DNA of 64,000 bases from Thermodesulfobacteriota bacterium (GTDB taxonomy: Bacteria; Desulfobacterota; Desulfobacteria; Desulfobacterales; UBA11574): assembly GCA_042573625.1 (NCBI GenBank), contig JBHPCZ010000001.1, positions 12,859 through 76,858 on the forward strand, in the 5' to 3' direction. This document shows, piece by piece, positions 9,374-21,652 of the stretch. Made by a program: the position numbers and the translations under genes. Each line of letters starts with the position of its first letter. Position 1 is the stretch's first letter. A model generated the notes under the pieces. That model was not told the origin of the DNA, searched no databases, and saw only the letters and a list, made by a program, of their open reading frames with translations.

Positions 9374-11893
9374 ATGGCAAAGATCAGGATATATGAACTT
9401 GCCAGGGATCTTAACATGACAAACAAGACACTGCTTGAAAAGCTAAGGGATTTGGACATTTCTGCCAAAACCCATATGAGTTCTCTGGATGAAGCAGCAG
9501 CAGCCCGGGTTAAAGAGAATCTCTTCGGCACGCCGGAAAAAGAGATTGAGGTAACGCGGATAAAACCGACGATTATTCGAAAACGCAGAAAAAAAATAAA
9601 AGAAGCGCCGGCCCGCAGCCTGCCGACCCCCCCTGAAAAAGTGGAGCAAAAACCCCCACAACCCGACATGGCAGAACCCGAGCCGTCTGCTGTTACAAAG
9701 CCATTAAAACTCAAACCGGCTAAACCGAAAAAAGAAATAAAGAAAGTTAAAAAACAGGCACCGGCAAAAATTATACAACTTCCGAAGACGCCCCCTCCTG
9801 AGGAGAAGAAACCCGAGCCCCAAAAAGCCCGGGTTAAAAAACCGAAAAAAATTATTGCCAAAACACTGCCGAAGGATCCAACTCAACCGAAAGTCGGAGA
9901 TCCGCGCGAAGATTTGACCGCAAAAGATAAAAAGAAGCGGAAATGGGCAAAGCAGCCGGATGACATAGCGAAGGATAGAAAATTTTTCAAAAAGAAAATT
10001 TCTTTTCGGAGAAAAGAGGTTGTTGAAGGAGCCGCACTCTACTCCAAAAAACACCGGGGTCGAAAGGGGCTAAAGGCCGCTAAAGCCAAAACAACAGCCC
10101 TCAGCCAAAAAACTCAGATTACAACAGCCAAAGCCATTAAGCGTAGAATCAAAATCGATGATACCATCGTCCTTTCTGATCTGGCAAAACGTATGGGGAT
10201 AAAAGCCAGTGAAATGATCAAGAAACTAATGGATCTGGGTGTAATGGCAACCGTGAATCAGACCATCGATTTTGATACTGCGGTTCTTGTTGCCGCTGAA
10301 TTTGATTATGACCTTGAAAAAGCTTCTTTTGAAGAAGAAACTGTCTTAAAACCGGAAAAGGATGATCCAAAAAAGTTGACCCTAAGGCCTCCGGTCATCA
10401 CGATTATGGGGCATGTGGATCATGGAAAAACAACACTTCTCGACGTTATACGTAAAACCAAGATAACAGAAAATGAAGCAGGGGGAATTACGCAACATAT
10501 CGGCGCTTATCATGTTAACACAGATAAAGGCCCCATCGTCTTTCTCGACACCCCCGGGCATGAGGCGTTTACTGCAATGCGTTCCCGCGGTGCCAAGGTT
10601 ACAGATCTGGTGGTCCTGGTTGTTGCCGCAGACGACGGCGTCATGCCGCAGACCATAGAAGCCATCAATCACTCCAAGGCTGCAGAAGTGCCGATCATTG
10701 TTGCGGTAAACAAGATTGACAAACCCAATGCAGAACCTGAACGTGTTAAAAGAGAACTTGCCGAAGTCGGACTGACACCTGAGGATTGGGGGGGGGATAC
10801 CGTTTTTCTTGAAATTTCGGCTAAAATGAACCAGGGAATTGACGACCTGCTTGAAATGATACTCCTCCAGGCTGAAATAATGGACCTCAAGGCCAACGCG
10901 GACAAACTCGCTATGGGTCGAGTCGTTGAAGCAAAATTAGACTCCGGCAGAGGTCCGATCGCCACCGTACTGGTGGAGGAGGGAACCATTCATACAGGAG
11001 ACCCGGTCGTGTGTGGTATCCACTACGGTAAAGTGCGCGCTTTGTTAAATGACAGAAGGGTTAAGGTAGAATCAGCAGGGCCATCCATGCCGGTGGAAGT
11101 TATCGGTCTTTCGGGTGTGCCCGACGCCGGAGATGAGCTGATTGCACTTTCCGATGAAAAGAATGCCAAACAGGTCAGTATGCATCGGATTCAGAAACAG
11201 CGATCTAAAGAACTGGCCAAAACCAGCAAATTAAGCCTTGAAAAACTTTATGAACAGATGCAGAAAGGCGAGGTTAAAGATCTTAACCTTATATTAAAGG
11301 CAGATGTTCACGGATCTATCGGAGCGATTAGAGATTCTCTGGTAAAGCTTTCCAACGATGAAGTCAAAATCAATGTAATCCATTCAGCTACCGGAACCAT
11401 AACCGAATCCGATGTATCTCTGGCCGCAGTTTCCGATGCGATAATTATCGGTTTTAACGTCCGCCCCGGTTCAAAGGTTCAAAGCATTGCAAATGAAGAA
11501 AATGTGGATATTCGTTTTTACAATATTATTTATAAAGTTATCACGGATGTCAAAAATGCCATTGCTGGCATGATGTCATCGACTTTTGAGGAACGAACGC
11601 TGGGAATGGCCGAGGTTCGCGAAGTGTTTCACGTTCCCAAAATCGGCGCCATTGCCGGCTGCTATGTGACCGATGGAAAGATAGAGAGAGGGCAGTTGGT
11701 CCGCCTCATCAGGGATGGGGTTGTTTTATATGATGGAAAGATTTCTTCCCTCAGGCGATTCAAAGACGACGCTAAAGAAGTACAAAGCGGTTATGAATGC
11801 GGAATCGGTATCGAGAATTATAACGACATAAAGGTTGGCGATTCATTAGAGTGCTACTACCTGGAGGAAATCAGACCTGAACTCGAAGCGTAA
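9374..11893 (+). CDS. infB: translation initiation factor IF-2
   Basis: 839-aa ORF with GTPase motifs [13 protein letters not shown] and NKID. Lys/Pro-rich N-terminal region. Confidence 0.95.
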   Translation: MAKIRIYELARDLNMTNKTLLEKLRDLDISAKTHMSSLDEAAAARVKENLFGTPEKEIEVTRIKPTIIRKRRKKIKEAPARSLPTPPEKVEQKPPQPDMAEPEPSAVTKPLKLKPAKPKKEIKKVKKQAPAKIIQLPKTPPPEEKKPEPQKARVKKPKKIIAKTLPKDPTQPKVGDPREDLTAKDKKKRKWAKQPDDIAKDRKFFKKKISFRRKEVVEGAALYSKKHRGRKGLKAAKAKTTALSQKTQITTAKAIKRRIKIDDTIVLSDLAKRMGIKASEMIKKLMDLGVMATVNQTIDFDTAVLVAAEFDYDLEKASFEEETVLKPEKDDPKKLTLRPPVITIMGHVDHGKTTLLDVIRKTKITENEAGGITQHIGAYHVNTDKGPIVFLDTPGHEAFTAMRSRGAKVTDLVVLVVAADDGVMPQTIEAINHSKAAEVPIIVAVNKIDKPNAEPERVKRELAEVGLTPEDWGGDTVFLEISAKMNQGIDDLLEMILLQAEIMDLKANADKLAMGRVVEAKLDSGRGPIATVLVEEGTIHTGDPVVCGIHYGKVRALLNDRRVKVESAGPSMPVEVIGLSGVPDAGDELIALSDEKNAKQVSMHRIQKQRSKELAKTSKLSLEKLYEQMQKGEVKDLNLILKADVHGSIGAIRDSLVKLSNDEVKINVIHSATGTITESDVSLAAVSDAIIIGFNVRPGSKVQSIANEENVDIRFYNIIYKVITDVKNAIAGMMSSTFEERTLGMAEVREVFHVPKIGAIAGCYVTDGKIERGQLVRLIRDGVVLYDGKISSLRRFKDDAKEVQSGYECGIGIENYNDIKVGDSLECYYLEEIRPELEA

Positions 11894-12013
11894 TAGTGAT
11901 ATTCATCTTTCGATTCGTTAGAATATACCCCTTCAGAGGACCAACAGTGTGGGGCCGTTGACCCGCCGCTTTCTTTCACATTCGATATTTACACATAAGG
12001 CGTGGAAACAATC

Positions 12014-12301
12014 ATGGTTGTTGGTTTAGGGGTTATCACATTCAGGCTGCATGACAGCCGATCATTAAAAGGAAAAAGAAAGGTCGTAAAATCGATCATC
12101 ATGCAGTTGCGCAATAATTTTAATATATCGGTTTCAGAGGTCGGATCAAATGACGTGTATCAGCGTGCGGAGATCGGCTTTGCACTGGTCGGTAACAACA
12201 AAAGGGTCATTAACGCCAAGATAGATAAAGTTTTCAACCTCACCGACGAGTTGGGATTGGCCGAGATCGTTGATAGTGAAATGGAGATTATTAATATATA
12301 A
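12014..12301 (+). CDS. DUF503 (YlxP-like) protein
   Basis: Small ORF between infB and rbfA, MVVGLGVITFRLHDSRSLKGKRKV..., typical of DUF503. ATG at 12014 preferred over the GTG at 12002. Confidence 0.75.
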   Translation: MVVGLGVITFRLHDSRSLKGKRKVVKSIIMQLRNNFNISVSEVGSNDVYQRAEIGFALVGNNKRVINAKIDKVFNLTDELGLAEIVDSEMEIINI

Positions 12302-12303
12302 CT

Positions 12304-12642
12304 ATGAAACCCTATCCGCGATCAGAAAGAGTCAGTGGTCACATCCAGAAAGTTTTGTCAGAGGTTTTACAAAAAAATGTTAAAGACCCTCGTCTGGAAA
12401 TGATCGTCATCACAGGCGTAAAGATGTCCCGGGACCTAAGAGTGGCGCGGATTTACTATACAACATCCACGGGTGGAAAAAACACAGCGGAAGTAACTGA
12501 AGGATTCAAGAGTGCGCTGGGGTATGTAAAACGACAGCTTTCCCGTGAACTCGGTTTACGGTATATGCCTGACCTTAAATTTCTGTATGACGAATCTTTT
12601 GACTACGGGTCACACATAGAAGAAATTCTAAAGACCATATAA
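12304..12642 (+). CDS. rbfA: ribosome-binding factor A
   Basis: 112-aa ORF in the infB-rbfA-truB context. Contains RVSGHIQKVLSEVLQKNVKDPRL. Confidence 0.9.
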   Translation: MKPYPRSERVSGHIQKVLSEVLQKNVKDPRLEMIVITGVKMSRDLRVARIYYTTSTGGKNTAEVTEGFKSALGYVKRQLSRELGLRYMPDLKFLYDESFDYGSHIEEILKTI

Positions 12643-12649
12643 ACGTATA

Positions 12650-13618
12650 ATGAATCAAATAATACAACACTTGAAAAGCAGAAATCATTTTCTACTTGTT
12701 ACCCACACCGGTCCAGACGGCGATGCAATTGGATCTTTGATCGCTATGGGACTTGCTCTCGATACATTGAATAAACAGACAACCTTATACAATGAGAGTC
12801 CCATTCCGGCTGTGTATCGGTTTCTGCCCTCGGTCAATCGTGTAGTGTCTCACATCGATAAAGAAGATTATGAGGCTGCCATTATTCTTGATTGCGGCGA
12901 GTTGGAACGAGTAGGAGAGGCTGCTGCGGACATCAGCCGGATACCGATCATTATCAACATTGACCACCATATCACCAATACCCGTTTTGGCGATTACCAG
13001 CTCATCGATACATCTGCATGCGCCACCGCGGAAATCGTTTACCACGTGATAAAAGAAATGAATGTGCCGATTGACAAAGCCATTGCCACCTCTATTTATA
13101 CGGGTATTTTAACGGATACAGGCTCGTTTCGTTTTTCTAACACGAACAGGGCCGCTTTTGCCATTTGTGAAGAAATGGTGAACCTGGGTATTGATCCCTA
13201 CACCATCGCTCAACATGTTTACGGCGCCTACTCCCTGGGCCGCATAAAGCTTCTTAATCTGGCCCTTGACTCCATTGAAATATCCGATAACGGCAAGCTG
13301 TCGATAATGACCGTCACTCAGAACATGCTTAAAAAAACAAATACCCGGCCCGAAGACGTTGACGGACTTATTCATTACGCAAGGGCTATAAAGGATGTCA
13401 AAGTCGCCGCACTTGTACAAGAACACAGCAACGACAAAGGGCAATCAAATGGTTGTTGCAACTTTAATGTGAGCCTTCGTTCTGACGGAACGGTGGATGT
13501 GGCAGAAATCGCCGCCGCTTATGGCGGAGGCGGCCATTTCAGTGCTGCGGGCTTTAAAACAAATTCGGCATTACCTGAAATAAAATCTAAAATTGTCAAT
13601 TTAGCTGAAAAAATCTAA
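12650..13618 (+). CDS. DHH/DHHA1 family phosphoesterase (NrnA-like oligoribonuclease/pAp phosphatase)
   Basis: Motifs THTGPDGDAIGS, DCGE, NIDHH and GGGGHFSAAG. Confidence 0.8.
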   Translation: MNQIIQHLKSRNHFLLVTHTGPDGDAIGSLIAMGLALDTLNKQTTLYNESPIPAVYRFLPSVNRVVSHIDKEDYEAAIILDCGELERVGEAAADISRIPIIINIDHHITNTRFGDYQLIDTSACATAEIVYHVIKEMNVPIDKAIATSIYTGILTDTGSFRFSNTNRAAFAICEEMVNLGIDPYTIAQHVYGAYSLGRIKLLNLALDSIEISDNGKLSIMTVTQNMLKKTNTRPEDVDGLIHYARAIKDVKVAALVQEHSNDKGQSNGCCNFNVSLRSDGTVDVAEIAAAYGGGGHFSAAGFKTNSALPEIKSKIVNLAEKI

Positions 13619-13627
13619 CAACAAAAT

Positions 13628-14536
13628 ATGCAGTATGAAATAAGCGGTGTTGTCGTTGTAGATAAACCCGCAAATATAACATCCGCCAAGGTAGTGGCCA
13701 TTGTAAAGAAGTTGTTTAGGGCAAAGAAAGCAGGACACACCGGAACCCTGGATCCATTTGCCACCGGAGTTATGGTATGCTGTATCAACAGGGCGACTCG
13801 ACTATCCAATTTTTTTTTGCATGGCAACAAAAAATACCAAGCAGTTCTTCACTTGGGCGTTTCGACAGACACCCAGGATTCAACCGGAACGATTACTTCG
13901 ACGTGTAATAAAACAGATTGTTCTGAAGAAGCGATACGGGCGGCATTTAAGCAGTTCAATGGGACCATTGAGCAGCTTCCACCGGTGTATTCAGCATTAA
14001 AGCATAAGGGGGTTCCCCTTTACAAGCTTGCGCGAAGTGGCAAGCCTGTTCAGAAACCGGCACGGAATGTTCATATCTCATACATTAAAATACTTGAAAT
14101 AAACTTGCCGTTAATACGTTTTGAAGTGGCCTGCTCTGCTGGAACATACATCAGGACACTCTGTGCGGACATCGGTACATTGCTTGAATGCGGAGGGCAT
14201 CTCAAAGAACTCAGAAGGATCGAAAACAGTGGTTTTACTATTGAAGAAGCCGCAACGTTATCAGAACTGGAAGAACTCGCTCGTTCCGACAAATTGCCAC
14301 GTCGGATGATAAGCATGGCAAACGCTTTACGGGATATGCCCGAGCATCTTGCCGATAAAGTATTGGCTGAAAAAATTGTGCATGGCAGTATCCTCACAAC
14401 AAAAGATGTCACTGCCGAACAGCTGGACGACCCTGAAAGTTTTATCAAAGTTCTCGATCCGGACCATGATCTTATCGCCGTGTTAAACTATTCAAAAGAT
14501 AGTGGCAAATATAAATATTACTGTGTGTTTAATTAA
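13628..14536 (+). CDS. truB: tRNA pseudouridine(55) synthase
   Basis: Contains GVVVVDKP..TS...V..............KAGHTGTLDPFATGV with the catalytic Asp motif. Confidence 0.9.
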   Translation: MQYEISGVVVVDKPANITSAKVVAIVKKLFRAKKAGHTGTLDPFATGVMVCCINRATRLSNFFLHGNKKYQAVLHLGVSTDTQDSTGTITSTCNKTDCSEEAIRAAFKQFNGTIEQLPPVYSALKHKGVPLYKLARSGKPVQKPARNVHISYIKILEINLPLIRFEVACSAGTYIRTLCADIGTLLECGGHLKELRRIENSGFTIEEAATLSELEELARSDKLPRRMISMANALRDMPEHLADKVLAEKIVHGSILTTKDVTAEQLDDPESFIKVLDPDHDLIAVLNYSKDSGKYKYYCVFN

Positions 14537-14582
14537 TTAAAAAGCATTAACCTTTACTTTCACCAAGAGGAGGCAACAAAAA

Positions 14583-14852
14583 TTGGTTTTTACATCACAA
14601 GAAAAAAAAGATTTGATTGATCAATTCAAACTTCATGAAGCTGATACAGGTTCGCCTGAGGTTCAGGTGGGGCTATTGACCCATCGCATTTCTTATCTTA
14701 CGGAGCACATGAAAATCCACAAAAAGGATCATCACTCCAGACGGGGTTTGCTGATGCTGGTCGGCAGGCGCCGCAGGCTCTTAAATTACGTGAAAAATAA
14801 AGATGTCAAACGATACAGGACCATCATTGAAGTCCTGGGGCTGAGACGGTAA
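14583..14852 (+). CDS. rpsO: 30S ribosomal protein S15
   Basis: 89-aa ORF (TTG start after AGGAGG). Contains [37 protein letters not shown]. Confidence 0.9.
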   Translation: MVFTSQEKKDLIDQFKLHEADTGSPEVQVGLLTHRISYLTEHMKIHKKDHHSRRGLLMLVGRRRRLLNYVKNKDVKRYRTIIEVLGLRR

Positions 14853-15060
14853 CAAACCAACAGGCGGACACACAGGACGGGCCTTCAGAACCGATGGCGG
14901 GTAAATGGATCCGGCGTCGGGCGGATTAGGGAATCCTGAATCCTGAAGGTTTGCGTTATGCACTTTTCGCGCCGAGTATGATCAGAACGCGGAGAGGCAG
15001 ACGATCCGCTCATTGATGAACGTTTTGAAAACGTTTTGAAAAAACAGGTTAGGAAAACAA

Positions 15061-17160
15061 ATGGAAACTATACTTAAAGCAGACGTTAGAGGAAAACCGC
15101 TGACCATTCAGACCGGAAAGGTTGCAAAACAGGCATCCGGTTCAGTCGTAGTACAATATGGTGAAACCATCGTACTGGTTACCGCCGTCTCCTCCGAAGA
15201 GGAACGAAAGATAGATTTTTTACCGCTTACCGTTGAATACCAGGAAAAGATATACGCGGCAGGCAGAATACCGGGAAATTATTTCAGGCGCGAGATCGGA
15301 AGGCCGAGCGAAAAGGAGACCTTGACCGCTAGATTGATCGACCGTCCGATTCGACCGCTCTTTCCGAAAGGGTACCGCAATGAAACGCAAATTATTGCAA
15401 CCGTGCTCTCCATGGATCAGGAAAACGATCCGGATACCCTGGCAATGTTGGGGGCATCTGCCGCGCTTGAATTGTCAGACATTCCGTTTTCAGGGCCCAT
15501 CGCATCTGTTCGTGTCGGTCGAATAGATGGCCAATTCGTGGCCAACCCCACCATCAAAGAGTGTGAAGTCTCCGATATCAACATTATTGTTGCCGGTTCA
15601 AAAACCGGTGTTGTGATGGTGGAAGGCGGCAGTAAAATGGTGAGTGAAGAGGACATCCTTGAAGCCATCTTCTTTGGTCATGAGGCGATGCAGCCGCTCA
15701 TAGATCTCCAGATAAAGCTAAAGGAAACCTCTGGAGCGCCCAAGCGCCCGTTCGCCCTCCCGGAAAAGGATGAAGAACTGGTTAACAAGATCGAATCCGA
15801 GGCGCACCTGGCCATTAAAGAGGCCCTCTTTAAACCCAATACAATAGTCCGAAAAGCAACGCTTCGGGCGGTCAAATCGGGCATACTTGACACCCTCGGG
15901 GAAGCGTACGTGGATCGTAAGGGTGAAGTAGACGATATATTCAAAGATATGCTGAAAAGGATCAGCCGGGATGTTATTCTCAAGGAAGGGCGACGGATAG
16001 ACAACAGGAAATTTGACGAGATACGTCCGATTAGCTGTGAGGTGGGAATTCTGCCCAGGCCGCATGGTTCCGCTCTTTTTACTCGGGGTGAAACCCAGGT
16101 GCTCGGTGTACTGACACTGGGTTCAGGACCGGATGAACAGCGGGTCGAAACACTCATTGGTGAGGAATTCAGACCTTTTATGCTGCATTACAATTTTCCG
16201 CCATACTCTGTGGGAGAAGTGAGACGATTGGGCGGCCCCAGTCGAAGAGATATCGGGCACGGCGGATTGTCCACGAGAGCCATAGAAAAAGTTCTGCCGG
16301 ACAAGGAAGATTTTGATTATACCATCCGTCTTGTCTCCGAAGTTTTTGAGTCAAACGGATCTTCATCCATGGGTACCGTCTGTTCAGGCATCCTCGCCCT
16401 GATGGATGGCGGCGTTCCCATAAAATCCCCTGTTTCCGGCATTGCCATGGGCCTCGTAAAAGAGGGGGATGATGTGGTTATCCTGTCGGATATTCTCGGA
16501 GATGAAGACCACTCCGGCGATATGGACTTTAAGGTGGCCGGAACAAAAGACGGCATAACCTCTCTTCAGATGGACATCAAAATCCATGAACTGACCCGGG
16601 ATATCATGGAAAAAGCGCTTGAACAGGCCCGCACCGGTCGGCTCCATATCCTTGACAAGATGATGGAAGCGCTGCAGGAGCCCCGAAAGGAAATCTCTCC
16701 CCATGCCCCGACCATCATTACGATTGAAGTCAATCCTGATAAAATTCGCGACATCATCGGTCCTGGCGGGAAAATCATCAGATCAATTCAGACTGAAACA
16801 AACACCCGCATTGAAATAGAAGATTCAGGACTGGTCAAGATCGCCGCCGTCTCCCAGGAAGACGGAAATGCTGCCTTAAAAATGATAAAAGAAATAACCG
16901 TTGAACCCGAGGTGGGTGCTGTCTATGAAGGGACTGTCGTGAAGATTATGGATTTTGGCGCTTTTGTCCAGATAATGCCCAACACGGACGGCCTTGTACA
17001 TATCTCTCAACTTTCCACCCAGCGTGTCACAAAGGTTTCAGATATTGTAAAAGAAGGAGACCGCATCAAAGTCAAGGTTCTCGAAATCAACAAGGACGGT
17101 AAGATTCGCCTCAGTCATAAGGCTATTCTGGAAGAGAAAAATGGACATAGAAGTAAATAA
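15061..17160 (+). CDS. pnp: polyribonucleotide nucleotidyltransferase (PNPase)
   Basis: 699-aa ORF with two RNase PH-like domains plus KH and S1 ([15 protein letters not shown]). Canonical rpsO-pnp order. Confidence 0.95.
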   Translation: METILKADVRGKPLTIQTGKVAKQASGSVVVQYGETIVLVTAVSSEEERKIDFLPLTVEYQEKIYAAGRIPGNYFRREIGRPSEKETLTARLIDRPIRPLFPKGYRNETQIIATVLSMDQENDPDTLAMLGASAALELSDIPFSGPIASVRVGRIDGQFVANPTIKECEVSDINIIVAGSKTGVVMVEGGSKMVSEEDILEAIFFGHEAMQPLIDLQIKLKETSGAPKRPFALPEKDEELVNKIESEAHLAIKEALFKPNTIVRKATLRAVKSGILDTLGEAYVDRKGEVDDIFKDMLKRISRDVILKEGRRIDNRKFDEIRPISCEVGILPRPHGSALFTRGETQVLGVLTLGSGPDEQRVETLIGEEFRPFMLHYNFPPYSVGEVRRLGGPSRRDIGHGGLSTRAIEKVLPDKEDFDYTIRLVSEVFESNGSSSMGTVCSGILALMDGGVPIKSPVSGIAMGLVKEGDDVVILSDILGDEDHSGDMDFKVAGTKDGITSLQMDIKIHELTRDIMEKALEQARTGRLHILDKMMEALQEPRKEISPHAPTIITIEVNPDKIRDIIGPGGKIIRSIQTETNTRIEIEDSGLVKIAAVSQEDGNAALKMIKEITVEPEVGAVYEGTVVKIMDFGAFVQIMPNTDGLVHISQLSTQRVTKVSDIVKEGDRIKVKVLEINKDGKIRLSHKAILEEKNGHRSK

Positions 17161-18406
17161 AACCATCCTTGAAAACAATATCAGAATTCTAACCAAAGAG
17201 ATGCCGCATTTCCACAGTGTCTCAATGGGAGTATGGGTAAATGTTGGCGCCCGGGATGAATCATCCGCCGAAAACGGACTCTCCCACTTTATTGAGCATA
17301 TGATCTTTAAAGGGACAAAGAAACGAACAGCATTCCATATTGCCAAGGAGTTCGACGCCATCGGCGGCCAGACAAACGCTTTTACAGCCATGGAGGGCAC
17401 CTGTTACCACGCCAAAGTAATGGACACCCATCTGGAGACCATGGTTGATATCCTCACGGATATATTTCTGAATTCTGTTTTTGATGCCAGCGAGGTTGAA
17501 AAGGAACGTCTGGTTATACTTCAGGAAATCGGGATGGTCGAAGACAGTCCGGACGAATACGTTCATCATCTTTCTGGAAGTACATACTGGGGAGACAACC
17601 CTTTGGGTCGACCCGTCATAGGGAACCGAAAAAATATTGCACGTTTTGACGCAAAAGTCATTGAAGACTTTTTTCGCCGTTTCTATCAACCTGAACATAT
17701 TGTTATTTCGGCTGCGGGCAACTTGAAACATGACCATTTTGTCGACCTTGTCGGACCGGCCTTCGAGTCCGTTCGTTCGGGCAACGGCTTGCCCCAACGG
17801 TCCACACCCAGCGGGCGCTCCAGGGTTGAATTGCATCACAGAGAACTTGAACAGGCTCACCTCTGTTTGGGCGCAAAAGGGCTGCCCATAACCGACCCCC
17901 GGCGGTATGCCTATTCGCTCATGAACATCATTTTCGGTGGTAACATGAGTTCAAGACTCTTTCAGAACATACGAGAACGCAGGGGGCTTGCTTACGCGGT
18001 CTTCTCCTTCATAACTTCTTATATCGACACCGGCATGTTCGGCGTCTATGCCGGCGTCGATCCCAAAAACGCGCAAGAAGCGGCCGCGTTGATCCTGAAG
18101 GAAATCCGAAAACTTCAAAAAGAACGTGTTGACTCAAACGAACTTCACGATGCCAAGGAATATCTAAAAGGCAACATCATGCTCGCATCTGAAAACAATG
18201 ACAACCAGATGGTCCGGCTGGCCCAAAGTGAAACCCACTTTGGGCGTAGCATACATCTGCAGGAGATTCTGGATAGCGTGGAAGCGGTTACCGAAGACGA
18301 AATTCTTGAGTTGGCTGAAAATCTTTTTGATTCGAATCAGTTTGCACTGACCCTCCTTGGCCCGGTTGCCGACAAGAAAGCATTTGATGACATTTTGAAC
18401 CCTTGA
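17141..18406 (+). CDS. M16 family (pitrilysin/insulinase-like) zinc peptidase
   Basis: [11 protein letters not shown] matches the inverted zinc motif HxxEH. 421 aa. Overlaps the pnp end by 20 nt. Confidence 0.85.
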   Translation: MDIEVNKTILENNIRILTKEMPHFHSVSMGVWVNVGARDESSAENGLSHFIEHMIFKGTKKRTAFHIAKEFDAIGGQTNAFTAMEGTCYHAKVMDTHLETMVDILTDIFLNSVFDASEVEKERLVILQEIGMVEDSPDEYVHHLSGSTYWGDNPLGRPVIGNRKNIARFDAKVIEDFFRRFYQPEHIVISAAGNLKHDHFVDLVGPAFESVRSGNGLPQRSTPSGRSRVELHHRELEQAHLCLGAKGLPITDPRRYAYSLMNIIFGGNMSSRLFQNIRERRGLAYAVFSFITSYIDTGMFGVYAGVDPKNAQEAAALILKEIRKLQKERVDSNELHDAKEYLKGNIMLASENNDNQMVRLAQSETHFGRSIHLQEILDSVEAVTEDEILELAENLFDSNQFALTLLGPVADKKAFDDILNP

Positions 18407-18418
18407 TTATAAATTGGA

Positions 18419-18889
18419 ATGAATTCCCAAGTGGACACTTCGCCGACCATAGAATTTCTTCGCTTAAGGCCGGATTTGGACGCAGATATACCGCTGCCCC
18501 GATATATGACGCCGAATTCCGCTGGGATGGATATTTCCGCCGCCATAGAAAAAGACCTTGTCCTTGATTCCGGATCCATTTCATTGATCCCCACCGGATT
18601 TGCTGTGGCCATCCCGGAGGGATTTGAAGCCCAGATTCGTCCCCGAAGCGGGTTGGCTGTAAAACATGGCATAGGGCTTATTAATTCCCCCGGCACCATA
18701 GATTCCGATTATAGAGGAGAGGTAATGATTGCTTTGATAAACCTCGGCAAAGCGAGCTATACCTTTCACCGGGGCGACCGGATCGCGCAGATGATTATCA
18801 AAAGAGTTTACCAGGCAAGATTAAAGGTGGTGGAGCAGCTCACCGAAACCGAACGGAATACCGGCGGTTTCGGACATACCGGCCTATGA
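18419..18889 (+). CDS. dut: dUTP diphosphatase
   Basis: Motifs SAGMDI, RPRSGLAVKHGI, GTIDSDYRGEV and GGFGHTG. Confidence 0.9.
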   Translation: MNSQVDTSPTIEFLRLRPDLDADIPLPRYMTPNSAGMDISAAIEKDLVLDSGSISLIPTGFAVAIPEGFEAQIRPRSGLAVKHGIGLINSPGTIDSDYRGEVMIALINLGKASYTFHRGDRIAQMIIKRVYQARLKVVEQLTETERNTGGFGHTGL

Positions 18890-19094
18890 ATATGTAATAT
18901 TTTAGACAAGATTTGCTGGATTAACCAGGTTTATCAATATACTGCCTGCCGGCGGATTGCCTTTTCCCATTTTCATCAGGAAAATGGGGGGAAAAGTATC
19001 CTGAATATCCTGTTGATCCTGTCAGAAAAGCCAATTCAAAGAGAACCGGGCTCAGCAATATATTTATTGACAATTCAATTAACTTCCAAAGTTG

Positions 19095-19916
19095 ATGACA
19101 GTTAAACATCTCCAGAAAAAAGAAAAACAGCAGAATCCGACTTGCAACCTTTCCGTATGTGTGCTGGGTAGCGGCAGCAAGGGTAACGCCATATTTATTT
19201 CAGACGGTTCCACCTCAATTCTGGTTGATGCGGGCCTTTCCGGGATCGAAATCGAACGCAGACTGAAATCAAAAGGGCTTTCTCCTGAAAACCTGGATGC
19301 CATCCTTGTCTCTCATGAGCATGTTGATCATATAAAGAGCGCCGGGGTGCTTTCTCGTCGTTTTGACCTGCCGGTATATATCAGTTGCAACACAGGAAAA
19401 GTCGCCTCAACACAGCTGGGAACAGTAAAGAAACTCAGGAATTTCGAGTGCGGCTCGGCTTTCAAAATAAAGAATTTAACCGTACACCCCTTCTCTCTGC
19501 CCCATGACGCTAAGGATCCGTCCGGGTTTACGGTGAGACTTGACAGCAAAAAGATCGGGATTGCCACCGATCTCGGCACTGCAACCGCCATGGTTAAATC
19601 GCATCTTAAGGATTGCGCGTTGCTGATTCTTGAAGCCAATCATGATCCGGCCATGCTTGAAAACGGGCCTTATCCGTGGCCCCTGAAACAGCGCATCAAG
19701 AGCAGGACCGGTCATCTTTCAAATGAAGCCTCCAAAATTCTCCTCAAGGAATTACTCCACGACCGACTCCAGCATGTGATCCTGGCTCACCTGAGTGAAA
19801 TCAACAACACGCCCCAAAAAGCCGTCAGCGTTATCGAACCGTCGCTGACATCTTCCGACACAAAGCTGCATGTCGCATTCCAGGACAGGTGCGGGGATCT
19901 GCTGCATCTCAAATAA
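19095..19916 (+). CDS. MBL-fold metallo-hydrolase
   Basis: Contains SHEHVDHI (HxHxDH) and downstream His/Asp ligands. ATG at 19095 is 3 nt inside the TTG-started ORF. Confidence 0.8.
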   Translation: MTVKHLQKKEKQQNPTCNLSVCVLGSGSKGNAIFISDGSTSILVDAGLSGIEIERRLKSKGLSPENLDAILVSHEHVDHIKSAGVLSRRFDLPVYISCNTGKVASTQLGTVKKLRNFECGSAFKIKNLTVHPFSLPHDAKDPSGFTVRLDSKKIGIATDLGTATAMVKSHLKDCALLILEANHDPAMLENGPYPWPLKQRIKSRTGHLSNEASKILLKELLHDRLQHVILAHLSEINNTPQKAVSVIEPSLTSSDTKLHVAFQDRCGDLLHLK

Positions 19917-20108
19917 TTTCCAGCCGGCGAGAAAGGCAGTTTTTGACGCCAAGACAATCGGAATCTTTTTTCCATATATTGATCTTTACCATTGACATAC
20001 ATCAATATATTGTATTAAGGGAGAAAAAATTCGCTGTTCAATCCTTTCTATAAAAACAGTCTTCATAAATTACAATGACCAGCCTTGCTTAGAAAGGTTT
20101 AAAACGAC

Positions 20109-21374
20109 ATGGCCCTAAACGTCGGATTTGTGTCTACCCGCTTAGCGGGTACAGATGGTGTGTCATTAGAAGCGAGTAAATGGGCGGACGTTTTTAATCA
20201 AAATGGCCACAGCTGTTTCTGGTTCGCGGGAAAGCTGGATCGGGACGCGGAAAAGAGTTTCATTGTCCCCGAGGCCCATTTTAAGCATAAAAAGAATCAG
20301 CGGATCAATGAACAGGTCCTGGGTAAAAAAGGTCGAACCCCCCGGGTAACCCGGGCGATTCACGACTTGAGGTCGCTGCTTAAACGTCAACTCCATACAT
20401 TCATTGATCGCTTTGGCATCGACCTTCTGATTGCCGAAAATGCTCTTTCCATACCGATGCATATTCCCCTGGGGTTGGCCTTAACCGAAACCATTGCCGA
20501 GACCCAGATCCCCACTATTTCGCACCATCATGACTTCTACTGGGAAAGAACCCGCTTTTCAGTGACCGCCATCAGCGACTATCTTCGAATGGCATTCCCC
20601 CCCAACCTGCCCAATATCCAGCACGTGGTTATCAATTCCGAATCTCAGGAGCAACTGGCACTTCGCACGGGGATATCGTCGGTCATCATTCCCAATGTTC
20701 TCGATTTTGACAATCCACCGCCGCTGGATGCTAACGGGACTCGTGTCTTCCGTAAAACCTTCAATTTGAAGCCTGATGACAGGATGATTTTGCAGCCCAC
20801 CCGTATCATACAACGAAAAGGAATTGAGCACGCCATCGAGCTGGTCAAGGAATTGAAGGATCCCCGAAACAAACTGATCGTATCCCATGATGCAGGTGAT
20901 GAAGGATTTGAATATGCCGAGTGGCTGAAAGAATATGCGGACGAACATGATGTAGACCTGCGGCTGGTGGCAACCCGCGTCGCAGATCCCTGGGGCAACA
21001 ATGGGGGCAACGGAGCGGAATACTCTCTCTGGGATGTCTATTCCTACGCTGACTTCATTACGTATCCGAGTATTTACGAAGGATTCGGCAATGCCTTCCT
21101 CGAGGCCATTTACTTTAAAAAACCGCTGTTGGTCAATCGCTATGCAACGTTTGTCAGAGATATTGAGCCCCAGGGGTTTGATCTGGCCGTCATGGACGGG
21201 TACCTCTCAAAGAAAACGGTTAAAACAGTTATAGGAATTCTGGAATCACCGGAGCGTAGAGAAAAAATGGTAAATTTGAACTATGAAATTGCCGCCCGGC
21301 ATTATTCATATTCCATACTACGGAAACAGCTCAATATCATTTTAAACAGTCTGGCGAGACAGTCTATTAATTAA
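20109..21374 (+). CDS. glycosyltransferase (GT-B fold, GT4-like)
   Basis: 421-aa ORF. The C-terminal half has the GT-B pattern (ADFITYPSIYEGFGNAFLEAIYFKKPLLVNRY), the E-x7-E-like region. Confidence 0.7.
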   Translation: MALNVGFVSTRLAGTDGVSLEASKWADVFNQNGHSCFWFAGKLDRDAEKSFIVPEAHFKHKKNQRINEQVLGKKGRTPRVTRAIHDLRSLLKRQLHTFIDRFGIDLLIAENALSIPMHIPLGLALTETIAETQIPTISHHHDFYWERTRFSVTAISDYLRMAFPPNLPNIQHVVINSESQEQLALRTGISSVIIPNVLDFDNPPPLDANGTRVFRKTFNLKPDDRMILQPTRIIQRKGIEHAIELVKELKDPRNKLIVSHDAGDEGFEYAEWLKEYADEHDVDLRLVATRVADPWGNNGGNGAEYSLWDVYSYADFITYPSIYEGFGNAFLEAIYFKKPLLVNRYATFVRDIEPQGFDLAVMDGYLSKKTVKTVIGILESPERREKMVNLNYEIAARHYSYSILRKQLNIILNSLARQSIN

Positions 21375-21510
21375 CTGCAAAAACTGAAATTCAACCTTAC
21401 ATCTCAAAATTTTAGTTCAAACTAAATCTGACACTATTCAGGTATCCATTACGTATCAAAGAATCCGTTACCATTTGATACTTGCAGATATCTGTACTTG
21501 TGGCCTGCCA

Positions 21511-21652
21511 AAAAACACTAATATATTGCATACGCATTCTTTATAGCCTGAAAACAAACCCCAGGTTAAAACTTCAATCCAAACATCCCACAATGTGGCA
21601 TTAACCGTTTGAAATAACATTCATTTTTGTTGACTCTCCGGTAACGTTGTGA
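21511..21652 (+). repeat. 5' promoter-region module, copy A (homologous to 30524-30669)
   Basis: Aligns by eye with copy B. Shares an exact 17-mer AAACATCCCACAATGTG (21581-21597 vs 30593-30609), the block TTCTTnATAGCCTrAAAAC, TAACCnnTTTGAA, and a TTGAC -35 box (21630-21635). Confidence 0.7.

Noticed and set aside
15010-15023. 12-nt match TCATTGATGAAC shared between the pnp leader and the hairpin element at 28365
   Set aside because: Short, with no shared flanking structure. Likely coincidence.
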